Program-made: the position numbers and the translations under genes
The notes under the pieces: generated by a model
Told to the model about the DNA's origin: nothing
Seen by the model: the letters and a program-made list of their open reading frames with translations, nothing else
Database searches by the model: none
IMG/VR virus record: IMGVR_UViG_3300028197_001024
Span: 1-64,000 of that record
Direction: 5' to 3' (one strand)
Origin: a virus
Length of the DNA stretch: 64,000 nt
Shown here: one piece after another, positions 46,509 to 57,274 of the stretch
Position numbering within the stretch: the stretch's first letter is position 1
Layout: each line of letters begins with the position of its first letter

Positions 46509-46660
46509 GATCACAATTCTTAAAAGCACTAATAGAAAAGTTTCCTAATTGGATGGAGTTAGGTGGAGCAGTTAAAAGATATCATGATTTAAGGCAATCA
46601 AAATTAAGTAAAGAAGAATGCGAGAAAATTGTATTAGGTTCCTCTTTCAGTATTAATTAA
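46505..46660 (+). CDS. 51-aa hypothetical protein, absent from the ORF track
   Basis: ATGA overlap with the clamp-loader stop. Reads MRSQFLKALIEKFPNWMELGGAVKRY... Confidence 0.6.
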   Translation: MRSQFLKALIEKFPNWMELGGAVKRYHDLRQSKLSKEECEKIVLGSSFSIN

Positions 46661-46693
46661 AACTTGTTATAATTAAATTAAATAACACATAAT

Positions 46694-47917
46694 ATGAAAA
46701 AAACAGGCAGACATACATTTGTTATAGATGGAAATTATTTTCTATTTAGGACCTTATATGTAATTCCTAGCAGATCTAAAAAAGCAGGTCTATTAGGTAC
46801 AGATGAAGACGTACAAACTTTTGTCAAAAAATTGGCAACTGACTTTGCATATCAAATCAGATTATTTGAAGGTCTTATCGATAAGGTTGTTTGGACGGTA
46901 GATTCAAGATCATGGAGAAAGGACTTTTACCCAGAGGCAGAATATAAAGGTAATCGTAAACAAAATGATGCTCTTAACTGGGAGAACTTTTCAAAAGCAA
47001 CAGCAGACTTTATTTCTATCCTATCTAAGCAAGGTGTTATTATTTCTAAAATTGACGGTGCTGAAGGAGATGATCTAATGTATGCATGGAATACTGAATG
47101 TCTTGCAAATGACAAATCAGTTATTATGTTTACTGGTGATAGAGACTTAGTTCAATTAGTAGATAAGAGTACAAATAATAATACTCATACTATTCTATTT
47201 TCCCCAGCTCATAAAAAATTATATACTTACCAAGGTTTTTCTGAATGGATGGATTCTCAAACTGAAGAAGAACAATCTGATGATATATTTGATGTACTAA
47301 AAACTTCTGTATCACCAGAGAATCAGGCTAAGAAATTACTTAAAGCATTGGTCGCAAAGAAAAAGGTTTCTATTATAGAAGTTGACCCTGAAGACTTTCG
47401 TTTCCGTAAAGTACTCACAGGAGATGCTGGTGATAATGTACCACCTGCTTACTATTATAAAAAAGGTAATAGGAGATACGGAATCAGCGAAAATAAGGCA
47501 ACTGCTATCATCGCTGAGTTCAAAGAAAAGCATGGTCACTTATCTCATATGTATCTTTACAATGATGAGTATATTACTGACCTTGCAAATATGACTGTAA
47601 GAGTTATGAATGCAAAACATATGAGTAGAGAACAGATTATTACTAATCTAAAATCCAACGTCAATCTTATGGTACTTGCTGCTGAATCAATACCAGAAGG
47701 TATCTTAGATGAAATGTTTAAATCAGTAGAATCAAAAATGAATGTAAAAGGTTTGCAATTAAAAACGATATCTACAATGAAATCTATTTTAGAGAATACT
47801 GAATACTCAAAAGAAACTGATAGTTCTTTTAAGGCTTCGTTCTTTAAAGATGATGATAGTGATTCTGATGATATGTCTTTTATAAAAGGTGGTAAAAAAC
47901 AAGATAAGATTTTTTAA
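46694..47917 (+). CDS. rnh: 5'-3' exonuclease / T4 RNase H-like
   Basis: IDGN, SWRK, YKGNR, EGDD, TGDRDLVQL, GDAGDNVP. Confidence 0.9.
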   Translation: MKKTGRHTFVIDGNYFLFRTLYVIPSRSKKAGLLGTDEDVQTFVKKLATDFAYQIRLFEGLIDKVVWTVDSRSWRKDFYPEAEYKGNRKQNDALNWENFSKATADFISILSKQGVIISKIDGAEGDDLMYAWNTECLANDKSVIMFTGDRDLVQLVDKSTNNNTHTILFSPAHKKLYTYQGFSEWMDSQTEEEQSDDIFDVLKTSVSPENQAKKLLKALVAKKKVSIIEVDPEDFRFRKVLTGDAGDNVPPAYYYKKGNRRYGISENKATAIIAEFKEKHGHLSHMYLYNDEYITDLANMTVRVMNAKHMSREQIITNLKSNVNLMVLAAESIPEGILDEMFKSVESKMNVKGLQLKTISTMKSILENTEYSKETDSSFKASFFKDDDSDSDDMSFIKGGKKQDKIF

Positions 47918-47945
47918 ACTTTTTACAATTTCTTCATATAATAAA
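47915..47945 (+). promoter_or_regulatory. Putative middle promoter
   Basis: TAAAC-17 nt-TATAATAAA. Confidence 0.65.
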
Positions 47946-47959
47946 TATAAAATAACTCA

Positions 47960-48376
47960 ATGAAATTATTTGATTATATAAAAGTTCTTTTCGGTAAGGA
48001 TGAACACTGGGACAAAGTTACAAATTATGATAAATCTAAAAATTCATTTATGACTAATAGATTTATGAGTATTAAATTTCCTGTTCAGGCAAATCTTTTT
48101 AATACTCTTAAAATAGATCCCGTAGGCCAAGCAGAAGCATGGCGTTTAGTTTCGTCTAAATTTAATAGAGTACCAGGCTTTATTTATACTAAAGTAAAAA
48201 AGTCTGCAAAACAAAAGGCAAAGGAATGGAATCCTAACCCAAAGGCATTAGAACTTTATATGAAATTTAACGAAATAGGAGAAAGAGAATACAAAGAAGC
48301 TCTAAAACACGACCCATTACTAGTTCAGACATCGATAGATATACTAGAAAAACAAATGGGTAATGATGTTAATTGA
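47960..48376 (+). CDS. Probable clamp loader small subunit (gp62-like)
   Basis: MKLFDYI, FMTNRFMS..N pattern, and size. Confidence 0.55.
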   Translation: MKLFDYIKVLFGKDEHWDKVTNYDKSKNSFMTNRFMSIKFPVQANLFNTLKIDPVGQAEAWRLVSSKFNRVPGFIYTKVKKSAKQKAKEWNPNPKALELYMKFNEIGEREYKEALKHDPLLVQTSIDILEKQMGNDVN

Positions 48377-49031
48377 TAATACTTTTGAATTAGGAATACC
48401 AACTCACATTTCATTTACTTTATTTAAGTATGATTATTTTGATAGCATACTTATAAGTAGAGTAAAAAAAGAATGTAAAAATATCTCCAAGGTAGATGGA
48501 GAGTATATTGTTAAAAAGGAATCTTTTTTAACTGCAATCAAAACAAGCAAAAGGGTACTTAATATAATTAAAAAGGCTGAAGACTTTGGTTACATACCTA
48601 ATCCAGCAGTAAAACCTAATTCTGTCTATTTCTTATGTTCTATATTTAATAGGTTACCTAACCTTGAATTTTTAACTATCAAAGTTAACGATGATAAAAA
48701 ATACTCTAGGCTAATAAAAAATGAAGCCGGGTTTAATGTAGTAAGTTTTCATTTTAGCATACTTGAAGGTATTTTTGATTTAACAAAATTATTAGATAGG
48801 AAAGAATTAGATCTTTTTAATAAAACTCTTATAGATTTTAAAATTCTTAAAAATAAATATCTTGAAAGAAAGCCATACTTTTATATGAAAGCCACGGCTA
48901 TTATAGATATTTTAACTTCTATGGAAATAGAAGGTAAGCTAACCACATTTCACATGATTGATCATATTGATTCTAAATTAGAAGAAGATGATCCTATCTT
49001 AGTTGTAAAAACCGACTATACACCTTATTGA
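48363..49031 (+). CDS. Hypothetical protein
   Basis: Intact coupled ORF. Confidence 0.65.
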   Translation: MMLIDNTFELGIPTHISFTLFKYDYFDSILISRVKKECKNISKVDGEYIVKKESFLTAIKTSKRVLNIIKKAEDFGYIPNPAVKPNSVYFLCSIFNRLPNLEFLTIKVNDDKKYSRLIKNEAGFNVVSFHFSILEGIFDLTKLLDRKELDLFNKTLIDFKILKNKYLERKPYFYMKATAIIDILTSMEIEGKLTTFHMIDHIDSKLEEDDPILVVKTDYTPY

Positions 49032-49033
49032 TG

Positions 49034-49043
49034 GAATATATAA
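49034..49043 (+). promoter_or_regulatory. Putative late promoter
   Basis: GAATATATAA. Confidence 0.65.
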
Positions 49044-49060
49044 ACAAATAATGTTTGTAT

Positions 49061-49318
49061 ATGAAAAAGATAATTAGTTGGCTTAGTGGATTGTTAAGAG
49101 ATGAAAAAGGTACACCTTCATCTAAAAGATTTATTGGAATAGTCGCAGGTCTTTCTTTGTGTACAGCACTTTTTATTAATCTTTATACTGAGCATCCAGT
49201 AGAACCATCATTAGTCAATGCGGTAGCTGCTATATGTGTTGGTGGCTTAGGGTTGGCATCTGCTGATAAAATCTGGGCAAAGAAGATTGACAAAAAAGAC
49301 CAACAAATAAATTCATAA
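49061..49318 (+). CDS. Small two-TM membrane protein, holin candidate
   Basis: SSKRF followed by two hydrophobic helices and a basic C-terminus, with a late motif upstream. Confidence 0.55.
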   Translation: MKKIISWLSGLLRDEKGTPSSKRFIGIVAGLSLCTALFINLYTEHPVEPSLVNAVAAICVGGLGLASADKIWAKKIDKKDQQINS

Positions 49319-49321
49319 TTA

Positions 49322-51283
49322 ATGGCAGTTAATGGAAGAACAACAGACGCCAACGGCGATGCTATATTAATTAGTTTACAAGAACCTTATAAAAACGTAG
49401 TAGAAGTAATAGGATATACTGATATTACTAAAGGTGAAACTACAAGCACCTTTTATAATAAACAATTTAGGTGGGGAACTGATGGTGTAACATATTCGGA
49501 TTATATAACACTTTCTAATGCGAATCTAGAAGCTTTATTGCTAAATCCAAATAAACCATTTTGGGTACAATATAGATATGAACAAGTAGGCGATGGAACT
49601 TTAGAATTCGAATCTATTGCATTAGAGTTAGTAACAGATGGTGGTGTAATTTGTAGAGTACCTCAAGTTGAGTGTGGATCTGAGGGGTGTATAGGTACTC
49701 CTAATTTAGTTGTTGACTGTTGTGGGCAAGCTTGGAATCCTTATGACTTATCTAGAGCCTCATCAATGTATAATCAATTATCAGCTATAACATCAAACAT
49801 GTTTGGTTTTTGTGTTGACTATTTTAAAACAAAAGCAGACCAAAGAAGCCGTGATGTTATCCTAAAAGAATATTCTTTATTTGATGTTATTAAAGAAGCT
49901 GAGGTTAAAATTTTAATTCCTGACAACGAACTCCCAACTAGAGAGATTCAATTTAATCCTATGATGATGGATTTTCCGGTTCAGTTTGAAATACATATTG
50001 TTAAATCTGCATTTGAGGCTGTCTTTGGTTTAGGATCTAAACCTGAAATGAGAGACTATTTATATTTTAAAGATTATATGAATAGAATGTATGAGGTTGA
50101 TGCAATCGCAGAAGCTGATGATTTTATGTATGCAGGATCTTATTGGAGGGTAAGCTTAGTACCTTATCAAAAAAGAACTGCTGTGATGTTTGAAAATACG
50201 GCAGATAGCAAAAAGGCCGAGGCTGATACTGATGCACTAATTTCAAATGTAGAAGATAAGTTTAGAGTAGAAAGAGAAAATGAATTTAGAGACGTAATAA
50301 AAGATAATCAATATAAGACTATAGGTACACAATGTAATGATTATGTTAGAAGATCATTAGATAAGAGATTAGTTATAAAGGAAGAAAATGTTTATAATGA
50401 ATGGACAATTATTTCAAAATATCATTACAAATTATCTTCAATTAAAAATGGAAATGTTTCTATGAAATATCAATATGAAGGAGGTTGGAAGAAAGAAGAA
50501 GACAGGGCCTTTACATTTTGGGTGAGACCTCAGTTTATAAAACCCATAGGAAACAATGTACTTATTTTATCAATTGTAAATAAAAATGGGAAGACCCAAT
50601 TTAATAGTGCAAAATTACCTACATTCGGTAATGCTATATCAGTTGGCGATTGGGTAAACATAAGAGGAACAGAATCATACAATGGAATTTCTAAAGTAAT
50701 TGAAGTTATAGGTGATTCAATTGTTATTGATGAAAAATACATTAATGATACCTTAACAACAAGTTCACCTAGTTTTAATAAAGAAGCAAGCAATAATTTT
50801 ATGATTTATGAAAATGATTTATTACCTCCTACTCAATATGTGTCATTTACATATACATCTAATTGGTTTATTATGAAAGTTAATGAAACCTATTATAAAT
50901 GGAAAATTACAAAACCTTTTATCAATAATAAATGGTATGCTATAGTAATTAATTTAAACGCAACCGCAAGACAGTTAGGATTATTTTTATACAACACTAT
51001 AGAAAATTCAACTCAGCCTAATCCAGAGATGACTGCAAATTTAAATCTAATTTATAATAACACACAAGTATATACACCAGCTGAGGTAATAGATAACAAC
51101 AGTTGGAAGGTATTAGGATGTGAAACAGATTTAACTAATATAAGAATTTGGAAAAAACCAATAGAGGAAGAATTACAAGAATTAATATTAAGTCAGTATG
51201 TAGTTAAAGATACTCATCTTACTTTACTTTTAGATAATGCATCACCTGAATTAATGCTTCAAGATGTAACGGATGCCAGATAA
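49322..51283 (+). CDS. Virion structural protein (neck gp14-like region plus LamG-like C-terminus)
   Basis: MFG..V.YF, D.ILKEY, P.MRDYLYF...RMYEV; C-terminal FTFWVRP, KWYAIVIN, NIRIW. Confidence 0.55.
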   Translation: MAVNGRTTDANGDAILISLQEPYKNVVEVIGYTDITKGETTSTFYNKQFRWGTDGVTYSDYITLSNANLEALLLNPNKPFWVQYRYEQVGDGTLEFESIALELVTDGGVICRVPQVECGSEGCIGTPNLVVDCCGQAWNPYDLSRASSMYNQLSAITSNMFGFCVDYFKTKADQRSRDVILKEYSLFDVIKEAEVKILIPDNELPTREIQFNPMMMDFPVQFEIHIVKSAFEAVFGLGSKPEMRDYLYFKDYMNRMYEVDAIAEADDFMYAGSYWRVSLVPYQKRTAVMFENTADSKKAEADTDALISNVEDKFRVERENEFRDVIKDNQYKTIGTQCNDYVRRSLDKRLVIKEENVYNEWTIISKYHYKLSSIKNGNVSMKYQYEGGWKKEEDRAFTFWVRPQFIKPIGNNVLILSIVNKNGKTQFNSAKLPTFGNAISVGDWVNIRGTESYNGISKVIEVIGDSIVIDEKYINDTLTTSSPSFNKEASNNFMIYENDLLPPTQYVSFTYTSNWFIMKVNETYYKWKITKPFINNKWYAIVINLNATARQLGLFLYNTIENSTQPNPEMTANLNLIYNNTQVYTPAEVIDNNSWKVLGCETDLTNIRIWKKPIEEELQELILSQYVVKDTHLTLLLDNASPELMLQDVTDAR

Positions 51284-51313
51284 CCTGGAATATATATTAC
51301 AAATAACTTATTA

Positions 51314-51922
51314 ATGGAAGATAACTCAAAAGATAAATTTAGAGACAGTATAGGTGATTTACTTAGTGAATTACCAGATGAAGTACCAGGTTTAGATGAA
51401 ACTCCAGAATTACCTAAAGTTAGGTTAGAAAGTACACAAGCAGTTGCATTAACTAAGGCAAAAGGCAAAGCTAAAAAAGTAATGTCAAGTTTACTTAAGT
51501 TTTATTTAAGTGAAGAGATTATTGCAGAGCATGAATATATTCAAGCAAAATCTAATTTAGATGAATATGCTTTAGGAATGCTTATAAGACAAATGGAAAA
51601 TAGTGAGATTGCAATTTCATCATTAATGGATATTATTAATGAAGGTGATGTTTCACCAAGAATGTTTGAGGTACTTAGTGATTTGCAAAGAACTTTATTA
51701 GATATTATTAAAAGTCAAACTATGTACATGGTGGCTATTGAAGAAAACGCCAAAAAGACTTCTAGGGATATTGATGTTTATCATGGAAATTCAGAGAGCA
51801 GTAGCAATAAAAAACAAAGCGGTGTTAAGTCAAGAGGTACTAAAGATTTAATGAGAGCATTACAAGAAACAATTAACGAAGAAGATATACAAGATGTCGA
51901 TAGTGATGAAAATGAAGAATGA
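51314..51922 (+). CDS. Probable terminase small subunit
   Basis: SPRMFEVL..L motif, helical, lies upstream of the large terminase. Confidence 0.6.
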   Translation: MEDNSKDKFRDSIGDLLSELPDEVPGLDETPELPKVRLESTQAVALTKAKGKAKKVMSSLLKFYLSEEIIAEHEYIQAKSNLDEYALGMLIRQMENSEIAISSLMDIINEGDVSPRMFEVLSDLQRTLLDIIKSQTMYMVAIEENAKKTSRDIDVYHGNSESSSNKKQSGVKSRGTKDLMRALQETINEEDIQDVDSDENEE

Positions 51923-52181
51923 TTACATTCTTACACAGGAAATAGAGCAAGGAGAAAGAATAACTGATAGTGGATTAATTATTCCTGAAGAAAAATATAA
52001 TAGGATAGCTTTAGTAATTGAGGCATCCAATAACCTTGAGGTAAAGAAAGGTGATAAAATAGTAAAAACAATAGGCAAGGGTACTGAATACACGTTTGAT
52101 GGAAATAAGTTTGAAATCCTTCATATAAATCATATTCTTGCTGTAATAGAAGAAGATGGCACAGAAACCACAAGCACCTAG
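51906..52181 (+). CDS. groES: GroES-like co-chaperonin
   Basis: DYIL, TDSGLIIP, VKKGDKI, GTE...G..F.IL....ILAV. Confidence 0.8.
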   Translation: MKMKNDYILTQEIEQGERITDSGLIIPEEKYNRIALVIEASNNLEVKKGDKIVKTIGKGTEYTFDGNKFEILHINHILAVIEEDGTETTST

Positions 52182-53973
52182 CGCAGGATTTGATTTTAAT
52201 GTTGGTAAAGCTAAACAAGCATTTTCATGGTCAAGTGAAAGTGTGGAACAGTTAATGTTTGCAATAGAAGAAGGCTATAAACCTGCTTCTACTCCATTCT
52301 ATGAAGGTAATCCTAATTTAAGAAAAGGTAATATTGTATTTAATTATTCTTCTGAAGAAATAAAAGAAATTAAAAAGTGTGCAAAAGATATTGTATACTT
52401 TGCAAATACATATTGTACTGTAATGACCGATCATGGTTTACAGACAATTAATTTAAGACCTTATCAGGAAGATATGTTAAGGCAATTTCAAGCAGAAAGA
52501 TTTAATGTATGTTTAGCAAGTAGACAAGTAGGTAAAACAATTTGCTCATCTATTTTTATTGCTTGGTATTCATTATTTAATTTTGATAAGAATTCTTTAA
52601 TACTTTCAAACAAAGGCGCAACTACAAGAGAAATTATTGATAAAGGTAAAACTATATTAGAGCATCTACCTTTCTTTTTAAAACCTGGTACACTTAAATG
52701 GGATGTATTTAATTCTAAGTTTGATAACGGTTGTAGAATAATTGGTCAGACAACTACAAAGAAAGCAGCAATCGGTTTTACTATTCATTTATTATTTATG
52801 GATGAGTTTGCGCATATACCTGCAAACTTTGTTGATACTTTTTATGAAAACGTGTATCCAACGGTATCCGCATCAACAAACTCAAAAGTAATAATAACAA
52901 GTACACCTAATGGCTTTAATAAATTCTATGACATATATACTGCTGCTGATAAAGGATTAAGTGAATATACACCATTCCGAGTTGATTGGTGGGATGTACC
53001 TGGAAGAGATGACGCATGGATGAAGCAAGAAGTTGCTAACTTAGGTAGTGATGAAGCATTCAATAGACAATATGGAAATCAGTTTATAGCAGGATCATCA
53101 TTACTATTAGGTGCTGATAGCCTTAAAAAATTAACAACAAATCAAATAGATTTTGTACATAGAGAAGTAATTGAGTTTGAAGATGAGCAAGTAGATTATT
53201 CTGGTTTACTATGGGATCCTAGTTTTAATTTAGATGATGCTGAAGAAGATGAAAATTACTGGTGTTTTTCTGTTGATATTGCTGAAGGTACTGGTGGTGA
53301 TTATTCTATTATAAATATCTTTAAGATAGAACTTATGGATGAAGCAGATTGGAAAAAGGTTACATCCCCAGGTAGCTTTATTGATTTTTATAGAATTAGA
53401 CAGGTTGGAAGATTTAGAAGCAATGACCATACTATTGAAGAATTTGCAAAAGCTCTTTATATTTTAGCTTATGATGTTTTTTACTCTGAAAATGTAAAAC
53501 TAATTATTGAGTGGAATTTATTTGGGGGTGAATTAATAAAAAGAATGGAAACCGTATTTCCGCAGAGAAATGATTTTGATGAAGAATCTGTTGTAAAGTT
53601 TAAGCACCGAATAGATGCTAAAACAAAACAATTTGGTTTAAAGGTTAAAAAAGATAACAAACCTATATTTTGTCAAAACTTTAAAAAATATATTACACAA
53701 AATAGAATTATATTAAAAGATAAGCAAACCGTTTATGAAGCAGCAACATTTGGTAAGTTACCGAATGGCACATATGCTGGGCAATTAGGTCATGATGATC
53801 TAATAATGACATGCATAAATAGTTCTGAATTCTTTTTTACATTAGACTTTTCCGATTTTGCTGAAGAGATTCATGATGTGGCTGAGCAGAATGTTCAAGA
53901 TAAAATTGATACTATCTTAGAGCAAGATGCAAAAGGAGGCCAGCTGAATTTTGATATCTATGACTTAGTATAA
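52156..53973 (+). CDS. gp17: Terminase large subunit
   Basis: LRPYQ, SRQVGKT, MDEFAH, ITSTPNG, VDIAEG.GGDYS, GHDDLIM. Confidence 0.96.
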   Translation: MAQKPQAPSAGFDFNVGKAKQAFSWSSESVEQLMFAIEEGYKPASTPFYEGNPNLRKGNIVFNYSSEEIKEIKKCAKDIVYFANTYCTVMTDHGLQTINLRPYQEDMLRQFQAERFNVCLASRQVGKTICSSIFIAWYSLFNFDKNSLILSNKGATTREIIDKGKTILEHLPFFLKPGTLKWDVFNSKFDNGCRIIGQTTTKKAAIGFTIHLLFMDEFAHIPANFVDTFYENVYPTVSASTNSKVIITSTPNGFNKFYDIYTAADKGLSEYTPFRVDWWDVPGRDDAWMKQEVANLGSDEAFNRQYGNQFIAGSSLLLGADSLKKLTTNQIDFVHREVIEFEDEQVDYSGLLWDPSFNLDDAEEDENYWCFSVDIAEGTGGDYSIINIFKIELMDEADWKKVTSPGSFIDFYRIRQVGRFRSNDHTIEEFAKALYILAYDVFYSENVKLIIEWNLFGGELIKRMETVFPQRNDFDEESVVKFKHRIDAKTKQFGLKVKKDNKPIFCQNFKKYITQNRIILKDKQTVYEAATFGKLPNGTYAGQLGHDDLIMTCINSSEFFFTLDFSDFAEEIHDVAEQNVQDKIDTILEQDAKGGQLNFDIYDLV

Positions 53974-53989
53974 AAAGTTACAGGTAGTT

Positions 53990-53999
53990 GGATATATAA
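53990..53999 (+). promoter_or_regulatory. Putative late promoter
   Basis: GGATATATAA. Confidence 0.65.
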
Positions 54000-54027
54000 A
54001 AAAAGCAAATAAAAAAAATAATATAAG

Positions 54028-57000
54028 ATGGCACTAGATCCGAAAATCGCTTCGATTAAAGCAGCAGGTACTTACAGATTTGAATTTGATAAATCTCAAG
54101 TAGTTAGTATTCCTGCTAATCAGACAAGATTAATTGTCGGTTTCTCTAAAACAGGTCCTTTTAATACTCCGGTATTTGTACCTGACACCTCATTCTTTAA
54201 ACAAGTATATGGTGATATTGACAGAAACTTAGAAAGAAAGGACTCATTTTTCCACAGAAGCTGTTTAGCTGCATTGGAAAGAGGACCAATTCTTGCACTT
54301 AATCTATTAAACTTAACAGCTGCCGATAAGGTAGAGTATATTAAATTTGGTACAGCAGCAACGCCTGAAGTTCAGGATAATGCTGGAGCCTTAGGAGAAT
54401 ATCAAAAAATGTACAACAGAGATAAATTCTTTTATCCTGATTCAGATTCATTCTTAGACAATGTAGGTGCAAATAAATTACAATTTAGTTCTTCAACTAC
54501 TAATGATTTATTGGACTTTACTAATTTAGGACAAAATCCCGTTTCAGTTATTGTAAGAAAAGCATCAGCTGCAAACTCTACCGGTTTTAATGTAACCGCA
54601 GAACAATGGTATGGTGCTGCAAATGTACCAGGTTATTTAAATAAAGATAGTTTAGTATCTGACTTCTTAGTAGATGTATTTTTAATAGACGGAAACTTTG
54701 GTGGAGATTTTTCTTCGGCAACTCCTTATGAAAGGTTTGTAGCAGATCCAATATTCCAAACATATTTTGATAAGACACAAGGATTAAAAAGAAAATTCTT
54801 TGATGCTGATTCAACTGATACTAAAATTGCTGAATTCTTTAATGAATCAGAAGTTAATGTAATTGCAACTTATACTGCATCATTGCTTCCTAACTTTACA
54901 GATTTATTAGGTAATAACCTTTTCGTGGAAAAAGTTATTAATGCTGATACGGCAAGTACAGGTATATTCGTCGCAGTAAATGAAGATTTATTTGATGGTG
55001 ATACATTAATTGATGGTGTTGCAGGTGGAATTGATTTAATAGGTCATAACCTTGAATATACTCAAGCTACTTCAATCCAAGATGATGTTAGATTCTTATC
55101 TTATGGTGGATCTATTGTATCTGACTTAAGTTATGCAGGTACTGGGGTAACTCCTAATACTACAACACAAACTACAGAGCTTATTTCATCAACAACAGTA
55201 ACAAGCGGAGAAATCCAAATACAAGTTCAGGGTACTGCAGGTGATGCGTTATTTGATGCATTCTCTACCTTTACCCCAAATTCTGCCACAGCGGTAGGAA
55301 CTTATATACTTGTAGCAGGTAAAGGATATGTTCCAGTAACATCTGTTCAAATTATAGGTAATACTGTTACCTTATTATTATCGGATGCAGGTGGTGTAAT
55401 AGATACAGACTTTCCAACTGCGGCTGCAACTTATACTTATATAAATGAAGCTGACTTTGGTTTTGTAACTGATCAAGTACCAGTTGCTGACTCTGCCAGT
55501 TCAAATATTATAGGTGGATATGGTTCAGCATTATATAGTCAATTTGCAAACGGTACTTTAACCGATGGTGATGAAGCTGTATTTGTAGATTCATTTGGAA
55601 CTCAATATTCTTCATGGTTAGTATTTAATGCTATAAACTATGGATTCGTTCATACTGCTAATCCAACAACATTAGGAACTACAATTGCTATAACAGATCC
55701 AGATTACTATTTACCATCTGTTGCTGTTACTCCTTATGAGGAAGATGCATTTAATAATGTAACACCACATAGTGAATTTAATTTAGGTCCAAATGGAACA
55801 TTTTTAAATTCTGATGCCGTTGCATATGCTAATGGAATATTTGGAATTCAAACACTAAAAGGTGCAAATAATGTTTCTATAGATATTATTTCAGATTCAT
55901 TAACTGAAACTGGATTAAAACCTAACCAAGTATTAATAGCATCTGATAATCCTGATGCTGCTGATGTTAAGGTTGGAAATTATTTAGTACATTTTGAAGG
56001 TGATGTTAATACCCCACACTCAAGGTTAACAAGAATTAATGTTGTACAAGGTGGATTAACAAATGCTGAATATAGTACTATTCCTGGAAACAAAACTGCA
56101 CTGTTAGTAACATGTCAAAGTGAAATATCAACAACAACTGCTGCAGGTATTGTTAAAGTAGAATTATACTACCCAATAGATGCATGGGTTGATTACTTAA
56201 ATGTATTTACATTAGATGGTTTTAAATTAACTGCTAATCATGTACCTAATGGAACTAATGATAGACAAGTTGAAATCTTAAATGGTACTTTAAATGGAAC
56301 TAATTTATTTAAAGCATTAACTGATAGAGATGTAATTAACTTTAGATATATTGTAGATACATTCGGAAACGGTATTGAAAGTGGATCTAAAAACATCTAT
56401 ACAGTATTAGCTTCTACTAGAAAGAATGCATTCGCAATACTGAATGCTCCATCTGCTAAAGACTTTAAGAGTAATTTAGATCCAACGTTTAAAGATCTAA
56501 CTGGAAGTTTATCATCTAAGTTTATATCTGAAGGTGGTGATCTTGCAAAGAATCCAACAATAAGATACTCATTACCTTCACCAACACAAGGTGCAAGTTT
56601 CGGAGCATTCTATTATCCGTTTATTACTGTTAGGGATTTAGGAAGAAATATAAATGTTGTACCAGCTGCATACGTTTCAAATAACTTTATTGCAAAATAT
56701 GAAAACGCTTTACCGTGGTCATTAGTTGCAGGAGTTCGTAGAGGTGTTGTAGGTGGAACAGGAGTTGTAGGATTAGAGATTAATCTTGGAAAAGAGGACA
56801 GAGAATTCTTAGAACCATTTGGATTAAATCCAATTGTATTCCAAAGTGGAACTGGTCCAACAATCTTTGCAAATAAAACTGCACAGCAGGTTACAAAATC
56901 TGCTTTAAGTTCTATTAACTGTAGAGAGGTTGTAATTTACATCCAAGATGGTATTGAAGCAATTCTTAAAAACTATCTATTCGAATTTAATACAGCACAA

Positions 57001-57234
57001 ACTAGATTAGAAATTAAAACACTTGCTGACAATTTCTTAGCAACGGTTCAAAATGATGATGGTGTTTATGATTATAAAAACGTAATGGATGAAACTAATA
57101 ATACACCAGAAGTTATTGATCAAAATGTAGGTATCTTAGATACATATATTGAACCAGTAAGAGGAATGGAAATTCTCGTACAGAGAACTACAATTCTTAA
57201 GACAGGTGCTATTAGTGCAGGAAATTTTGAATAA
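54028..57234 (+). CDS. gp18: Tail sheath protein with large insertion domains
   Basis: GTYRFEFDKS, GFSKTGPFN.P, PWSLVAG.RRG, FEFN...TR, DETNNTPEVID.N. Confidence 0.92.
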   Translation: MALDPKIASIKAAGTYRFEFDKSQVVSIPANQTRLIVGFSKTGPFNTPVFVPDTSFFKQVYGDIDRNLERKDSFFHRSCLAALERGPILALNLLNLTAADKVEYIKFGTAATPEVQDNAGALGEYQKMYNRDKFFYPDSDSFLDNVGANKLQFSSSTTNDLLDFTNLGQNPVSVIVRKASAANSTGFNVTAEQWYGAANVPGYLNKDSLVSDFLVDVFLIDGNFGGDFSSATPYERFVADPIFQTYFDKTQGLKRKFFDADSTDTKIAEFFNESEVNVIATYTASLLPNFTDLLGNNLFVEKVINADTASTGIFVAVNEDLFDGDTLIDGVAGGIDLIGHNLEYTQATSIQDDVRFLSYGGSIVSDLSYAGTGVTPNTTTQTTELISSTTVTSGEIQIQVQGTAGDALFDAFSTFTPNSATAVGTYILVAGKGYVPVTSVQIIGNTVTLLLSDAGGVIDTDFPTAAATYTYINEADFGFVTDQVPVADSASSNIIGGYGSALYSQFANGTLTDGDEAVFVDSFGTQYSSWLVFNAINYGFVHTANPTTLGTTIAITDPDYYLPSVAVTPYEEDAFNNVTPHSEFNLGPNGTFLNSDAVAYANGIFGIQTLKGANNVSIDIISDSLTETGLKPNQVLIASDNPDAADVKVGNYLVHFEGDVNTPHSRLTRINVVQGGLTNAEYSTIPGNKTALLVTCQSEISTTTAAGIVKVELYYPIDAWVDYLNVFTLDGFKLTANHVPNGTNDRQVEILNGTLNGTNLFKALTDRDVINFRYIVDTFGNGIESGSKNIYTVLASTRKNAFAILNAPSAKDFKSNLDPTFKDLTGSLSSKFISEGGDLAKNPTIRYSLPSPTQGASFGAFYYPFITVRDLGRNINVVPAAYVSNNFIAKYENALPWSLVAGVRRGVVGGTGVVGLEINLGKEDREFLEPFGLNPIVFQSGTGPTIFANKTAQQVTKSALSSINCREVVIYIQDGIEAILKNYLFEFNTAQTRLEIKTLADNFLATVQNDDGVYDYKNVMDETNNTPEVIDQNVGILDTYIEPVRGMEILVQRTTILKTGAISAGNFE

Positions 57235-57249
57235 GAGAAAACTAAAAGA

Positions 57250-57259
57250 GAATATATAA
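57250..57259 (+). promoter_or_regulatory. Putative late promoter
   Basis: GAATATATAA. Confidence 0.65.
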
Positions 57260-57274
57260 AAAAAATAAAATAAT

